From Chiloscyllium plagiosum (taxonomy: Eukaryota), in NCBI RefSeq assembly GCF_004010195.1, contig NC_057753.1, forward strand, positions 15,013,345 to 15,077,344: 64,000 nucleotides of DNA, read 5' to 3'. The first letter of the stretch is position 1. Each line of letters starts with the position of its first letter. The translations under genes were made by a program, and so were the position numbers. Shown in pieces: positions 23,690 through 38,099 of the stretch. Below the pieces are notes generated by a model. That model did not search any database, was not told the origin of the DNA, and saw only the letters and a list, made by a program, of their open reading frames with translations.

Positions 23690-24150
23690 CAAGCCCGGGT
23701 GGTTTCAGGTACAACAACACTCCAGCAGCTTGACATCATGGAAGGGAAAACAGCCCACTTGATTGGCATAATATGCACAGACATCAATTACCAACTCTCA
23801 GGAATAGCAATGTGCACCAATTTCAAAATGTACTGCAGTAATTCACCAAGGCCCCTCACAGCAGCTTCCAAAACACACGACCACTGCTGTCCAAAATAAT
23901 AAGTCCACCAGATCTGGGGGAACACTGAAAGTTCCCATTTGCACTAACTTGGACATATGTTGCCATTCACTGTTGCGGTGTCACACTCCAGGATTTTCTT
24001 TCCTAACGACATTGTGGGTCTGTCTACACGATATGAACTACAGAGATTCAAAAAGGCTGTTCACCATTGCGTTCTCAAGGGGCAAATAGAGATGGGCAAT
24101 AAATGCTGGCCAAGCGAGAGCTGCCCATCTCCCATTAATAACTTTTAATA
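23690..24150 (+). mobile_element. LINE 3' end/derived element (same family as 18950-19240 and 37330-37850)
   Basis: Shared CTTGACATCAT..AAAGCAGCC..TTGATTGG and TTCAA(G/A)AAGGC..CACC..TTCTCAAGGG motifs. Confidence 0.6.
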
Positions 24151-24969
24151 CTCATGAGAAGTTGGCTGCAGTGAAGTTGTACAGAACATGACCTGTATTT
24201 CCTGTTATGGCAGAACACACCAGAAAATCTGATCCGTCCCTCTTTCTGCTCCACATGCTATAAAATGCAAGCAACTGTTGTTCAAACTCTGAACTAATTG
24301 GAATTTCTCGCTCATCTTCTTTTGCATTGCTCTATCCATTACTAGGAAACAATTGCCAGAATGTAAAGATCTTAAATATGACATGATTTACATGGGCCAA
24401 CGGGTTTCCGAAGTTGAAATTCCATGTTTTGCATACATGAGGTGGTGGATGGATTGGAATGTGGGTTCTGAGGAGAGACAATGAAGGAGATGAAATTATA
24501 CTGAGCCAGTCATCCGGAGGCTCTGCAACTTGATGACAAAGCACGCCATAGCAGATGGTGGAATTTCTAACTACTTTATTATTAAACAAGAACTATATCT
24601 GACCATGAATCAAATATCATAACAATTTACCTGGTCTACTCATGTCACTGAGGGAAGGAAAGCTGCCATTCTAAATACACCTTGCCTATTTCTAAATCTA
24701 GAACCAGAATAATGTTCAGCAGTTCAATCTTAACTGATCACTAAATTCGCTCAGCAGGGCACTCAGTTCAAGGCCAGTTAGGAGTGCTTAAAAAATGCAT
24801 GCCAACCTAGAGAATTCTAAATCACATTAAGAAGAATATAAACGTATGAATAAACAATTGTGACTGGCTGCCCAATTCATTAGCATCGGATAGTTTACAA
24901 GTAAAAAATATCTACTGGGTAGTTGACTGAGCATGTAAAATTATTAGCGTACATTGGATTCACATAGAC

Positions 24970-26750
24970 AAACACAATTTAGTGTCAGCGTTAGGCTGTT
25001 CGGCCCGACAACACTGCTCCATCTTTTAAAAAGTGAGAGGAATGAGTTAATACGTGCAAGGTGTTTCATTTTTGCTTGCATTACCCGGGTTCACGGCAGT
25101 GTGAAAGGGGTAGATAGGATAGGATTTTTAAAGCGTCTCCAGGGGGTCATTTTGAGTCAGTATGTGAACTGTCCTTCTGGAGATAGGTCAGTGCTAGACC
25201 CAATAACAGGGGAATGAAGCTTCTAAAATTATTGAAGCGTCTGTGAACGAACATATTTTTGGGATAGTGACCGCAAATTTGTAAGCTTCAATGTCATTAT
25301 GGAAAGAGAGAAGAGTGCAGAAATTCAGATATCACAATTGAGAACAGATTCAATATCATTGCATAGGAAAAGGCAGACACAGACTTAGAGCAGCTGCTAC
25401 GACGCAAGTTGATGTTTGGAAAGTGGTAGTCTTTAAAAAGTGGGAATTCATGGCCGGTCTGCTTGTGAAAGAGTGGAAGGCAAGGACGTAGATCCTGGAA
25501 GCATTGGAATTATAGAAATATCGAGATTTTTATAGAATGATACGTCAGGAACAGAGCAAGAAGAACACACCAGGAGAGGCATTTCAAGAGTATGAGAGCG
25601 TGTGTGTGTGTGCGTATGTGTGTGTGTGCGCATGTGTGTGTCTCTGTGTGTGTGACTGTGTATGTGCATGTGTATGTGTCTGAGTGGATGTGAGTTCGTG
25701 TGGATAGTTGTGTGTCAATGTGTTTTCTGTATTCTTAAAAAAAATAGCTGGAAACAGAGGAGCCACCACGCATCTTTGATGTATAGAATTTAAAAAAAAT
25801 ACTCCCAAATACCACCGGAGGCATTTTATCGGTATAACACCAGGAAAAGGGGAAGAGTGCGGTGTATTAGAGATCAAAGGCGTAGCCTGTGCGTTGAGAC
25901 AGAGGACATGAGTGAGTTGCTGACTGAATACTTCTCACCTCTATTCAGAAAACGGGAAAAAAAACATTGTTGTTGGGGTAGTGAAGTTGTTAGACATGTC
26001 ATGATTAAGAAAGAAGAGGCGTTTGATCCTGTGGCGCGAATAACGTTGCATAAATCGCAGGGCCTGTTACTGTTTACCTGGCTTCTATGTGCATGGCAGG
26101 AGATTACTGGGGCCCTGGTGGAAATATTGAACACTTCACTGAAGAGAGACGAAACAACAGTGGGCCGGAGATAGCTGATGCTTTTCATTGATAAAAGCAT
26201 CAGGAATAGGCGAAGTAGTAGTAGAAAAGACAGTCCCCTGTCACAGTCAGGGAAAGTAGTGGAAAAAATTCAGAGGGGCAGAATGAATAAACACTTGGAA
26301 AGGTAGGAATTGATCAGGGATCGTTAGCATTGATTCATTGGAGAGAGATCATGTGTGATTTATTTAACTGAGTCTTTCAGAAAGATGGTTCATATATTCA
26401 ACATATTTGCCAGCGTATTGCATATGATGTGGTTTACATGAATGTCGGTAAGGCCTTTGACAATATCCCACAGGGAAAACTGATCAAAAAGTTCAATGCC
26501 CATGAGATCAAAGGTAAGTTGGAAAACTAGATTCAAAACAGGCTTGCAAATTGGAGGCAAAGAGAGATACAAAGGAGGCAAATAGAGGGTTTTTTTTTAA
26601 TGATTGGAATCTTGTGACCGTCGGTGTAACACAAGCATTGGTGCCTGAATCCTTGCTGTTTGCTGTGTACATTTTTCACTCGGTTGTTAGCTGGTCAACA
26701 TAGATATGGTGTACCGAAGTGTCTGTTTCTGTGGATTATGTATGACACTG
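24970..26750 (+). mobile_element. CR1 LINE ORF2 fragments interrupted by a (TG)n microsatellite at 25598-25720
   Basis: IRDQRRSLCVETEDMSELLTEYFS; DVVYMNVGKAFDNIPQGKL-type RT motifs. Confidence 0.75.
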
Positions 26751-27879
26751 TGACCCATATATCAACACAATTCTACATTACTTTCTGACATTACTCTGCA
26801 TTGCAAGGCAACCCAGACAATCTAGTTAACAATTTTTGACATCAGCTGGGAATACCCTGACTGCTCTCCTTCTCAAACTCGCCACTATCCTGAGGCTCCG
26901 CTTAAAGTCACCACCAGTCGCCTCTGTCTCTCTCTGTCTCTGTCTCTCTCCCTCTGTCTGTCTGTCGTTCTTTCTCTCTCTCTCTGTCCCCCCCACTCCC
27001 TCTCTCTACCCACCACCCCCCGCATCAAGAAAGCCGCCGAATGGTCATCTGGGACTGTATATTCTGCCTTTAACTTCCAACAGACTACATGCAAACACTT
27101 TCATGCCAGGAAATCTATACATCTCTTATGGAATGTATTGAACGACAGTCATCTGTGTTCGAAGATTCCACAAGCTCACTATCACCTGAGATAGGAAAGC
27201 TGTCTTCACCCTGATCGAAATAACCTGCCCCCTAATCTCAGACCGTGAAACTCTGTTTTATCTGGATACCCTAAGTCAAGTGAAACATCAAATCTGCACC
27301 ATCATACCCAGGCCTTTCATAATTAATTACATTTCAGTGAGATCATTTCTTGTTCTTCCAAACACTAATGCATTTAAACCCAGTCAATCTCATTGCTCCA
27401 CAAATCTGCTATTGCAGGTATCAGGCGACTAATCTGTCACTGCAATCATTCTCTAAAAAAGCACTGCATCTCCTACACGGTGATCAAAACTACTCACAAT
27501 ACTTCAGCTCAGATCTTGGCGAAGTCCTGCAGAAGCAGTGTAAAAAAAAATTGCTCTTGTGTGAGGTTCTTGTTCAATGAAGGCCAATTTAACACTTATC
27601 TTTCTATCTGGTAATTAGTTCCTTGATTTCAGTTGCCGGTGTACAGGGTCAGCCACATGACTTTGTTCATCACCTCATCCAAGTATTTAAACATTTGAAG
27701 AACATTATGATACTCTGTTTTCTTTTGTTTTCCCTCCAGTGTCGCTAACTTCAGACTAATCCAATTTAGATTGCATTTTGTATGTTTCTGCTCACTGATT
27801 CAACTTGACCAGAAGGCCGTGAAGCCGGTTTGCATGGTCCCCATCAGCAAACCTGACAATACCACACCTTTAATCTAAG

Positions 27880-28735
27880 GTTAAGCCTTCGGTCGCTAGT
27901 CCGAAGATAAAGAGAAACTTCTTTATCCAAAGAGTGATGAATCCATGGAGTTCACTATCACAAAAGACTGTGGAGGCCAGTTCACAGGGCATATTTAATA
28001 CGGAGATCAATAGGTTCTTGTTTGTAAAGAGAACCAAGGGTTACGAGAGAAAGCATGGGAATGTGATGAGAAAGTTATCAAGCATGACTGAAGACGAAGC
28101 AGACTCGATGGGCTGAATGGCCTACTTTCTGCTGGATTTGTCAGAACCTAAACTTTGCTAATATGGTCGACATGACCATCTACTGAACTTGTTGCCACCT
28201 CACTTGCTGCCATTAAGTGTAGATTATCAGCCCGAGGGATTGACCAACTTTCGATTGCGTTTACGTATCATAAACATGAATAGCTTAACATGTGAGGAAC
28301 TTTTGAGGCCTCTGAGTCTATACTCTGTGCAGTTTAGAAGGATGAGTGCGGGGGGAATCTCATTGAAGGTTACAGAATACTGAATGACCTTGACAGAGTT
28401 CATGTTGGGAGGATGTTGCCATCTCTGGGAGAGACTAGCGACCGAGAGCATAACTTTACATTAAAGGGAAGAGTTTTGGGGACAGAGATAAAGAGAAACT
28501 TCTTCAGCTAAAGAGTGGTGAATCTATTGAGTTCACTGTCACAGAAGACTGTGGAGGCCAGGTCACAGAGCATATTTAAGACGGAGATCAATAGATACTT
28601 GTTTGTAAAGGGGATCAAAGGTTACGAGGGAAAGCAGGGGAATGTGATGAGAAAGATATCAGGCATGACTGAATGACGAAGCAGACTCGATAGGCTGAAT
28701 GTCCTACTTTCTGGTCCTATGTCTTATGGTCTTAC
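27880..28735 (+). mobile_element. Two tandem CR1 3' ends
   Basis: AGAAACTTCTT..AGAGTGGTGAATC..GACTCGATGGGCTGAATGGCCTACT motif present twice. Confidence 0.8.
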
Positions 28736-30006
28736 AGATGTAAAATCATGGTGCATAATTTTACAGACGAGGTGTATAAAGTGGATGTCATGGAAAATTT
28801 GATATGTTACAAATTTGAACGGTCGTGGATTGTATTATAGTGCGCTGTATCAGTCACAGATAAGCCGAAAATCTAAGAAGTGCAAACAAACGTCTTTAAA
28901 ATTTGAGCCGATTTTTCAGACGAAGAGAGAAAGCAATCATTTCCACTCACAAGCGGGTTGGTAAACACATTCTATCAAATGACCATAATTGGTAAAATGT
29001 CGGAAATGTAATGGGGATGATCAATTTACCCAGTGGATAAGCGAGATGTGGAAATTACGAGCTGAACTAATGATAAAATCAGATTTTGGGGCAACTATTG
29101 AAAGTCAATTGAAAAGTCGTTTGGCGATTTGACATTTTCAGAACCACAGAAAGCAAAAATGAAATAAAAGAAACAAAACAAGTCAAGCAATGGAAGAAGT
29201 CAGTAAACCTGACAGCATCTGTGTAGAAAGAAAGATAGTTGATGTTTTGAGTAAAATGTGACTGTTGACGAATGGAGCTTTTATAATGAAGACAGGATGG
29301 AGAGGTGGAGAGAGTGGAACAGATAGTGAGTATGTCCAGAACAAAGGACAAAGGGGCTGTTAGTAATAATATAGGAGAAAAATAGGATGAAGAAAGGCTT
29401 GTAATGATTGTACCGACGAAGTGAAAATAGAACTATCTTGCAGAGACCAAGGCTGACAGGACGTAAATAGTTAAAGGAGGAACCTGCTGGATTGTAACAC
29501 GAAGGAAGACAGAGATTCTGCTCTGAAGCTGTTGGAATTCATTTTGAGTCATGAAGAGGTTAAAGTACAGAAGCATAAATTGAGGAGATGTTTTTCCAAA
29601 CGTTCTGTGTGAAGCTATATTGCACGGTGTTTTCAAAGAACCTGAGACCAATAACCTTCTGTGGTTGTGTGATTCTATGATATGGATTACAAAGTGGGGA
29701 CTCGCTTCCAAGACACAAGTTTAAACGTCATTGATCTCTCAAAGTGAGCTGGTGTTTGGAACCCTGTTTCGTTGTACCCATTAATGGTCACATTACTTCT
29801 CATTGGTGTAGAAGACAAGAGTTTACTTCACAGTGTGCACACATCAAAATCTATTGGTTGATGGAAACAAACACCAGCTGTCTATGCAAAACATGTCCAA
29901 GGAACTAACTCTTACAGAAATTAAGGACTCAGTAGAGACCTTTCATTATCTGTGAAACTGCATTTTGCTATTTTTCAGATTTCACCTGGTATTAGCAGCT
30001 TGGACG

Positions 30007-30052
30007 ATGCTTGCACCCCTCCTAAAGTTGCTTCTTCTACAGCTATTGAACT
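30007..30052 (+). CDS. Gene B start/signal-peptide exon (MLAPLLKLLLLQLLN)
   Basis: ACGATGC start, Leu-rich h-region, strong phase-1 donor T|gtgagt. The upstream acceptor tttttcag| at 29978 implies a further 5' UTR exon. Confidence 0.75.
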
Positions 30053-30286
30053 GTGAGTTATGATCTGATGAATACATTCACTTAATTATTGTTGAGTTAA
30101 CGATTATTCCAATGTGAGTTGCAATATTGTAACTAACATTCTGTGTGATGGAAGACGGTGACAGGACGTGGAATCAGAATTGCATTCTCTTCATTTTTGT
30201 CTGACTGTTTATGATACAGTTAATGAAGCCCCACACAAACTAAATCCAATCTTTCCACACTATTCCTGGCTTCTGTACAGCTCTGT

Positions 30287-30612
30287 GGGTGGTACGGTGG
30301 CTCAGTGGTTACCGCTGCTGCTTCACAGCAACAGAGACCGGGATTCTGGTTCCTTCCTTGGGCGACTGCCTATACGAAATTTGCACATTCTCCCCGTGTC
30401 TGCATGGATTTCCTCCAGGTTCTCTGGTTTCCTCCCACAATCCAAGGATGTGCAGCTCAGGTGAATTGGCTATGCTAAATTGCACATAGCGTTCGCTGCA
30501 TTAGTCAGGGGGTTAATAGGGGAATGGGTCTGGCTGGCTTACTCTTTGGGGCGTCACTGTGTACTTGTTGGGCCGAAGCACCTGTTTCCATACTGGAGGA
30601 ATCGAATCATCT
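30287..30612 (+). mobile_element. HE1/V-SINE
   Basis: GGTGGCTCAGTGGTTA A box, V-domain TTTGCACATTCTCCCCGTGTCTGCATGGATTTCCTCC, GGGCCGAAG..CTGTTTCC end. Confidence 0.85.
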
Positions 30613-33399
30613 CAAAGAGTTGTAACCCTACTTTGCCAATTTGGGTCTGTGTGAACCCATGTCTGCCAATAGTATCACAGTATGTGCAGCAGGGAAACCT
30701 GCTGAACAACATCTAACTGATTTATTTGTCAATATCTGAAATAATGCGAAAAGAAACTGATTTTTTCATTTCCTTGTAATCTGTTGTGAACTTGATTTGG
30801 TTTTGGGATTTAGCTCTTGAATCCCAAAAACATTTGCTCAAAAAAAAACTTATTTGTACTGCGTCATTCATGCCCACAGTGAAATGAGGGAGTCCTATGC
30901 CAAACTGATGCATTTTGGTGTTGAGATGGTTTTACACTTTTGGAAGTGACACAGGCAATTTAGTCATGGAAAGGAATTACAGTCATCACTGTGATAAGGC
31001 CACAGCTAGCTGATTTTTCTTGGAAAAACATAAGGGTTACTGGATAGGAAACATTCAGTCTATTTTCTCTACAGAGATGCTGCCAGAGCTGCTGAGTTTT
31101 CTCAGTAACGTCTGATTGTTTTTTCTGATTTACAGTATCCGCAGTTCATTGCTTGTATTTTTAACTGTTTTTATTAAGCTCTGTATTTGATCAAAAGATT
31201 ATTCAGAACGAGATCAATATTGATAAAGTCTTCTGCCTGTATTCAAAGATTTGTTGCTAGAAGTTCATTTGAATTCTTGGATTAGCGTTTACTCCTGAAG
31301 AGATAATACCAGTCACTCCAAACTACCAACAGTGCTGCATTGTTCAATCAGCGACAATTTGTGCTCATATTGTTGAAAATGCATTTTAACAATTGTCTTT
31401 CTGAGTCCGGCTGAGACTGTTACAAGTTGAGGCAGGGCTGAAAACAATATCATCTTGTTGGCCATGTCAGCACTACGAATAGTTTGCATCCATTTGAACA
31501 TGTTTCCTATTACTGGGTGACAGATGTGCTAATCTGCGTTTTAAAAGACAATGAAATGGGAATATCGAAGCTGATTGTTCGTTTGCCTTGTGTGGTGTCT
31601 GCTCTTCTGTTGGCATAGTGGTATCAGCTAAGGCAACCAAACAAAAAAAAAATCAGCTTTCAATTTTTTAAGATAATCTAAACAACTGGAAAGATTTTCT
31701 GTTATATTTGGGTCCACTGGAGTTTGGACAAACAGTGAACTTGGTGTCTCTAAGGCAGCGGTTAATACCATGTCTACCTTCGATTGAACTCACATACGCA
31801 TGGATATTTCTCTCAGCTTCTTCCCCCAGCACAGGTCGCTTGACTACTGTGTGATATATAATCCATAGAATTATGTTACTCTAAGTCGCTTCTCCTGTAT
31901 TCAGGAGAATAAATTGATGCAGAGCTCATATGTTTATCCTGACATTGTTTAATACTATAATTTTCATCAAACAAACCATTACCAAACCCTCCTACTGGAA
32001 GATCCAGAATAATTTTTTTGCCAAATGTATGTGTAATGATGAATGGGTGCGGGGTTATATTTGATATTAGAACATCAATACTCCGAGCTTTACTTTTCTA
32101 TTTGGTCATCAATGGCGGGATGACTGGCTTGGTCAGCGTAACTGGGAATGCGAACTTGTGGTGGTGTTCTGTGTGTCATGAACTATTGCATTTCGTTGAG
32201 GCTAGGTGTATCAACAAATCGGGAGTAAGAGAAATACAGAATTTTAATCAAGCATCAGATAAGGATATTCTGCCAGTCAGGATGCGGACTTACAGGTGGT
32301 CGTTTTTCCATTTTCTCTGTACCTTAGTTGGTGGTGTGGGTGCAGGTTTGTTCGGTTGTGTGGAAGATCTTTGCTGAGTTGCTGGAGTTAACGTGGGTAT
32401 TGCCAGTTCTGCGGCTGAATATTGGTTGTGAATGTTTTATGCTAATATACGGCAAGGAAAACAAGCTGACTCGTTTGGCCAGGTCTAATCGAGCTTCTGA
32501 AAGTATGCTGCTGTTGAATGCAGTGAGAGAACGAGCAAATATTCTGGCAGAGACGTTGCTTGGGTATTGTTGAGAGTGAGAATGTTTTGCGAATCAGAAG
32601 TGAATGTACAGGGATGTCCGGTGTTTGTTCTCCACTTGTAGCAAATAATTATAAAAAAATCCCATCTCAGATTCAGGCAAATTCCACAGCGTAGTATGTC
32701 CACAGTGTGTTTCGATATCTTGCTTTTTCTTCAAAAGTTCTTTTCAAATTTTACTCCTATTCAGTCAATGGCGTGTAATGTTCAATGAGATTTGAAGGTT
32801 TCTTGCTCTTTCGCCCATCTGTTGGAGGTACATTTATAGGTCAGCTTTTTGTTCCATAAATTTATTCAGACTCTCCCCGTTGAATACTTGTGCCTGGTTG
32901 CTTTAATTAATCACTGGTAACAACAGTTAAAATGCTTACAATCAATGGGAATTTTCCATGAGGAAATCTTCCTTGCATTAATCTGTGATAGTTCCGTACG
33001 TGTTAACTAATTATGCGCCGGAATCATAATCTTGTGTCTTCTTTTCATTAAACATGTTGCAGGAGTTAACTCAGCCTTACGAGGATGAAATATTCGAATG
33101 TTATTAATACGTGCAGATTTGATCGATCAATTTACATCCAAACCTGCTAGAAGGATTGATATTTTATATCTAGAATAGTAAGCTTATAGCAGCTCCTCGG
33201 AATTCAGTCAGAGTCCGTTATACGTCAGGTATGTGTCAGTAGACGCAAAATAAAAACCAGACTTACACTTGATTGAGGACTACGTTTCACGTCCTAGGAA
33301 TTTGATAACGCAGTAAACTATTTCATAAAATGTTGTATGAACAAAGGAGTTTGATTTATATATATTAACATAAACCTTGTATTGTGGGGATAAAGTATT

Positions 33400-33625
33400 T
33401 TTTTTACAGAAGCATAGAGTTTGGGAGAAACTCAAAAGATCTGGCAGCAAGTGTGAAGAGATAAACACAATTATCATTGCGACTCCAGTATGACTATTCT
33501 TCAGAAATGAAGAAGAGAGAATAGAGTCGTATCAGACTCCCGAAGTTAACACTGTTTCTCTCTTCAATATGCTGCTCATCCTGCTGTGTTTCTCCACATT
33601 TCTCTGTATTTATTTCAGAATGCCA
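33400..33625. mobile_element. Fold-back of two short Penelope-terminus-like repeats (head-to-head)
   Basis: GGAGAAACTC..GATCTGGCAGC on the left is the imperfect reverse complement of GCTGCTCATCCTGCTGTGTTTCTCC on the right; centre near 33505. Confidence 0.55.
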
Positions 33626-33879
33626 ATCTTCACATTATTTTCCTTTTAACCTGCTGTTTCATTTATTTTACTCTAGTTTTCTGAAGGGCTTTTATATTTT
33701 AGGAACTAACGACTCAAGAGAGGAATCATAAAGTCGTTGGATGCAATTTAATTGGAAAAATTTCTGGTTCAGATGGTAGGAAACCAGACTGGGGACAAAT
33801 GCAGGAATAAATTCGCATAGAAAAGAAGGTTGATCCGAACAATTGAAAGAAAAGGTTTTTGTGTTTAGCCTCTGAACCT

Positions 33880-34330
33880 TAGAACACAGAGCATAGAATT
33901 CTACAGCACAGGAACGGGCCCTTCGGCCCACAATGTTGTGCCAAACATGACGCAAAATTAAACTAATAATTTCTGCCTGCTCTTAGTCCACATCCCTCCA
34001 ATTCTCGTAGATTTAGTGCTTAGCGAAAAGTCTCTTAAATGCCACGATTGTACTTTGCGACTCCACTACCCCTGGCAATTCCAGAATCCTACCACTTTCT
34101 GTGTTTAAAAAAACTTACCCCTCACACCTCCGTTGAACTTACCCCCTTGCACCTTAGATTCATGCCCCCTCGAATTAGACATTTCAACTCTGGGAAAAAA
34201 AAGAGAGATTCTGACCATTAACAATATAAGTGCATCGTGTAATTTTATTGACTTCTAACAAGTTTCCCCTCAGCCTCCGCAGCTCCACAGAAAACAACCT
34301 GAGTTTTTCTCGTCTCCTCTTATTGCACAT
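33880..34330 (-). mobile_element. CR1 LINE 3' fragment
   Basis: GGCCCTTCGGCCCACAATG.. reverse 3' UTR and ORF2 end. Confidence 0.75.
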
Positions 34331-36462
34331 ATTCCGAGAAGTATTTTTTATTTCAAATTCCGCAAATCATTAAAAACTCTCAGAGATTCTAACCTGACAA
34401 GTGCACAAATCTGACAGAAATAGACTTATTAATTGGTGGAAAAGGAACCGCAACGAAGCTACAAAACAAGCCTCCAGATTTGATAGAGACATGAATGAAC
34501 TCCGACTTAGCACCCCTTGAAAACTATTTTTGTTCATTGTGTACTTTGCAATATTTCAGGTCATGAAGTGTTTAGATAGAATGGACCATCTTACTCTTTA
34601 CAACGATTGAGCTAGAATCTCGCCTCTCACCTCATCAACATTGAAAATTGTGTCCTCCACATTGTTGAAATAGAAGTATCATCTGACACAGTCAATGTTT
34701 GAAAAGTATTTCAAATGGACATATATATTCCAAACAACCAGAGTTAATTCATTACAGTATCCAGGCTAGAGTTGCAACTAATATTGCTAATATAGTTTGA
34801 AATTGTAACAGTGCTCGCTTCAGTTACAGTTTTCAAAATGATGCCACTGCGCTGCCATGATTTGTGGTTTTCCAAACTGGTCCATTTAGAAAAGTCAACT
34901 GTATTACATGAAACCAATAGCGTGGATTGCACAATCTCATTTAGACAATACCCAAGGTTGTTATTATCGCTTTTCTTCCACTAAATCAACATAGTTCCTA
35001 TCAGTTTAATGGTCTTGGCGTATATGTAACTGTGTAAAAAGTAATAGCTTTAAATTCTCACTAACATAGTAATTATTCTGCAGTATATGTGAGAGAACAG
35101 GCGATATAATGGGTAGTTTATGTAAGTCGGAAGGAGTACAGGCTGAGAAAGGGGAAAGGCTGAAATTCTATTTCGATGACAAAAGACAATACCCCAGTGT
35201 GCACGCCAGCTGGCAAGACATTTTTGTAGATTTTTGTTGTCCATTTTTCACTGGCAAGTAATTGCTATTAAAAAAAAATTAGGCATGAGGTGGGTGAATG
35301 CAAGTTACAAAAGGAATCTGGAAAGCAGCGATGAATGATTCACAGCCAACGCTGAGTGACCATGTGTGAGCACATCTGTTGGACGGTCTGTCTTGGCTTA
35401 ATGCACGACCGTAGAAATAAAATGATTCCAAGACTGAAAGCAAGCAATTAGAAGTTTACAGATTATAGAATAGTTGCATTAGAAAGAATTCACAGGATAT
35501 TAAATCTCATCTATGTTTATCATACAACGCGAGAAAATTAACTTTGTTTAAATGGAAACACGTTTCGATTCCTGCACCAACTTGGGAGAAGAGCGCCACA
35601 TCTTATCAATGAACATCATTAACATGGCGAGCTTAGCCATCACCTGAATCTGTAAACAATACGGCTTCATAATCTTCCTCTCCCCAATGTAGTTGAACGT
35701 GTGTATTAAATGCTCAGAGAGAGAATTCGATAGCAACGAGGGAAGGAAATGGAATTAATTAAGCAGTTTGTTCAAAGAGGTAGCATAGGAAGCGTGGCCC
35801 GAATGTGCTCGTTCCTTTGTTTTGAACTCCAGAATTGTTGGTCGGCAGTTATGTATTAAACAGTTTCTTTTGATCAACGGTAATAGCACAAGTCCTAGAG
35901 TTAAGGAAATAGGGAATTGTTGCTGGATATTGTTGATGACTGACACTTGAGACGCTGTTGTCATATCAACACCGAGGCAGCAGAAAGCCTAATGCTTAAG
36001 TTGACAAATGCAGCATCTGCAAAGTGTGATATCTGCCGGGTTTAGTTGTTAACTGATTACCGTTAGCTGTTTGTTGTTTTCAGTATTGATGATCGAGGAA
36101 AAATCTTAAACACTTGAATTTTTTTAATAGGGATGCCACACTTTAGCTCTGGGAAGTATTAATGCTTTATATGGAAGTCAAAACAACGTTGAATAAGTCA
36201 CCATTAAAGCAGAGAGCGGAGCAATCAGTAATTTTGTGAAATCTTCAAACTGCCAACAGATGGTTATCAAAGAGGCTCACCAAATGTCTCAGTGCATTGG
36301 GTTGACAGTGCCCCTATCTGTGTGAAAAATGTCAGTTAAATTTGGAAAACGAATATTAGGATGTGTTTTCGCTCCAGAAGTTACATTTACTGATCTGTAA
36401 GTATCGCATGAAATTAGGGTTTCACATTTCCAGATAACATTTTATTTCTCAAAGTAACTCCA

Positions 36463-36630
36463 ATTAGATTAGATTAGATTGCCTACAGTGCGGAAACAAG
36501 CCCTTTGGCCCAGCCAGTCCATACCAATCCTCCGAAGAGTAGCCCACCTAGACCCATCTCCCTCATGCACCTAGCACTATGGACAATTTAGCATTGCCAA
36601 TTCACCTAACCTGCACATCTTTGGACTGTG
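36463..36630 (-). mobile_element. HE1/V-SINE 3' half
   Basis: (TTAGA)n tail; CAATTTAGCAT..CAATTCACCTAACCTGCACATCTTTGGACTGTG is the reverse V-domain. Confidence 0.85.
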
Positions 36631-36726
36631 TCTCAGTTTCTTACCTCAGTTTTTTTAAAACAGTTGAATTTACTTTCAAGTGTTGCATTGATTCCTGACA
36701 CATCATTTCTTGTCTCTCTATTTCAG

Positions 36727-36759
36727 ACAGTCTTGTCGACACGCAAGTTAATAAGACAG
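36727..36759 (+). CDS. Gene B mini-exon (YSLVDTQVNKT): signal-peptide end and mature N-terminus
   Basis: ctctatttcag|AC...ACAG|gtaatt, 33 nt, phase 1/1; bridges the signal exon to SRCR1 in frame. Confidence 0.68.
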
Positions 36760-37329
36760 GTAATTTCTTGTTAGTTTCGTAAGGAGTGGAATCTCCATAT
36801 TGTGCTGTGCCCATTCAAAAATACTGCTGTAATAACTGCCTCCATGCATTAATGTTGTTGTTTTAACTAGCCAACTGCCACAACTGAAGGAGGATGTGTT
36901 CCTTCTAAAGGTCTCATCCTAGCAATCTCTGAAAAGAGAGTGTGAGGGTCATCAACTACACACCATTGTTGTCAGATAGAGAGACAATGACTGAGGATTT
37001 CTGGAAAGGAGGGTGTGAAGGATCAGATCCCACTCACAGTGTTGTTGGTAGATCGAGAAACAATGATTGGGGAGAGTGTTGAAGGATCAGTTCCACACAA
37101 TGTACTATTCTGGATAACATATTTAAATGATTTCACATATGGGTGATTGCTGACCTCCTTCTCACATATCCATGCATCGTGCAACATTTCTGGCTGTGAA
37201 AGACAAAAGCACCATTTCATTTTCAAATCGTCCCATGGCGGCTCCTTTGTGATTTCTCACCTGTCCGTGTTGAACACGATGGGTAACGGATCATTACTGG
37301 TCCCTTTCCTCTCAGCCTTCCTGAAGTAA

Positions 37330-37850
37330 AAGTATTTTATGACCGCTTGTCAGCGTGGGGCAAGCTCGAACAACACTCGAGAAGCTCGACAGTATCGAGG
37401 AACAAAGCAGCCGCCGATTGATTAGCAGAAATCCACAGACATCCCCTCCTCCACCACCGGCATTCAGTAGCAACACTGTGTACCATCCACAAGATGCAGT
37501 ACAAACACTCACCGAAGCTCCTCAGACTGAACTTTCCAAACTCACGACCACTTATTTCTAGAAGGGCAAGGGGAAGCAGATACATTGGAACAACACACCC
37601 TACAAGTTCTCCTCTGAGCCCCTCACCATCCTCACTTGGAAAAATATCAGCCATTCCTTCAGTGAGGCTGATAATGCTGGAATTTCCACCTGAAGAGTAA
37701 TTGGGAGTCTACCTTTGGGAGTCTACTTCTGGCATAGCAGAACTTAAAGAAGGCAGCTCACTCTCATCCTCTCAACAGGGCAAATAGTGACGGGTGACAA
37801 ATGTTGGCCAGATGGCGATGCTCACATCCCAAAGACGATTCAATGAAAAA
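37330..37850 (+). mobile_element. LINE 3' fragment
   Basis: TTLEKLDSIEEQSSRRLI resembles a LINE ORF2 C-terminus; same family as 23690-24150. Confidence 0.65.
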
Positions 37851-38099
37851 TCTTCTCATGCTAGTCCATTCAGTTAATAGTTTCTATATAAATGCTTGCT
37901 CTCTGTGAGTGAGTGTCAGTTAAAAAGAAAGCCCGTCCTCTTTCACCATATCCAATAGGTTTTCTGAGTCATATTGTGGCCGAGTGCATTTGTAGTATCC
38001 TCTCACTCCCATTGCATGGTGAACAGGGAATGTCGGCTTTGAAGGGAGTTTTCCTGTTTCTACATTGTGAACCTTAGTTGTTATTTCTGTATTTTTCAG

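Noticed and set aside
32000..32720. Several ORFs and a possible decayed LINE C-terminus on the minus strand
   Set aside because: No motif I can assign confidently
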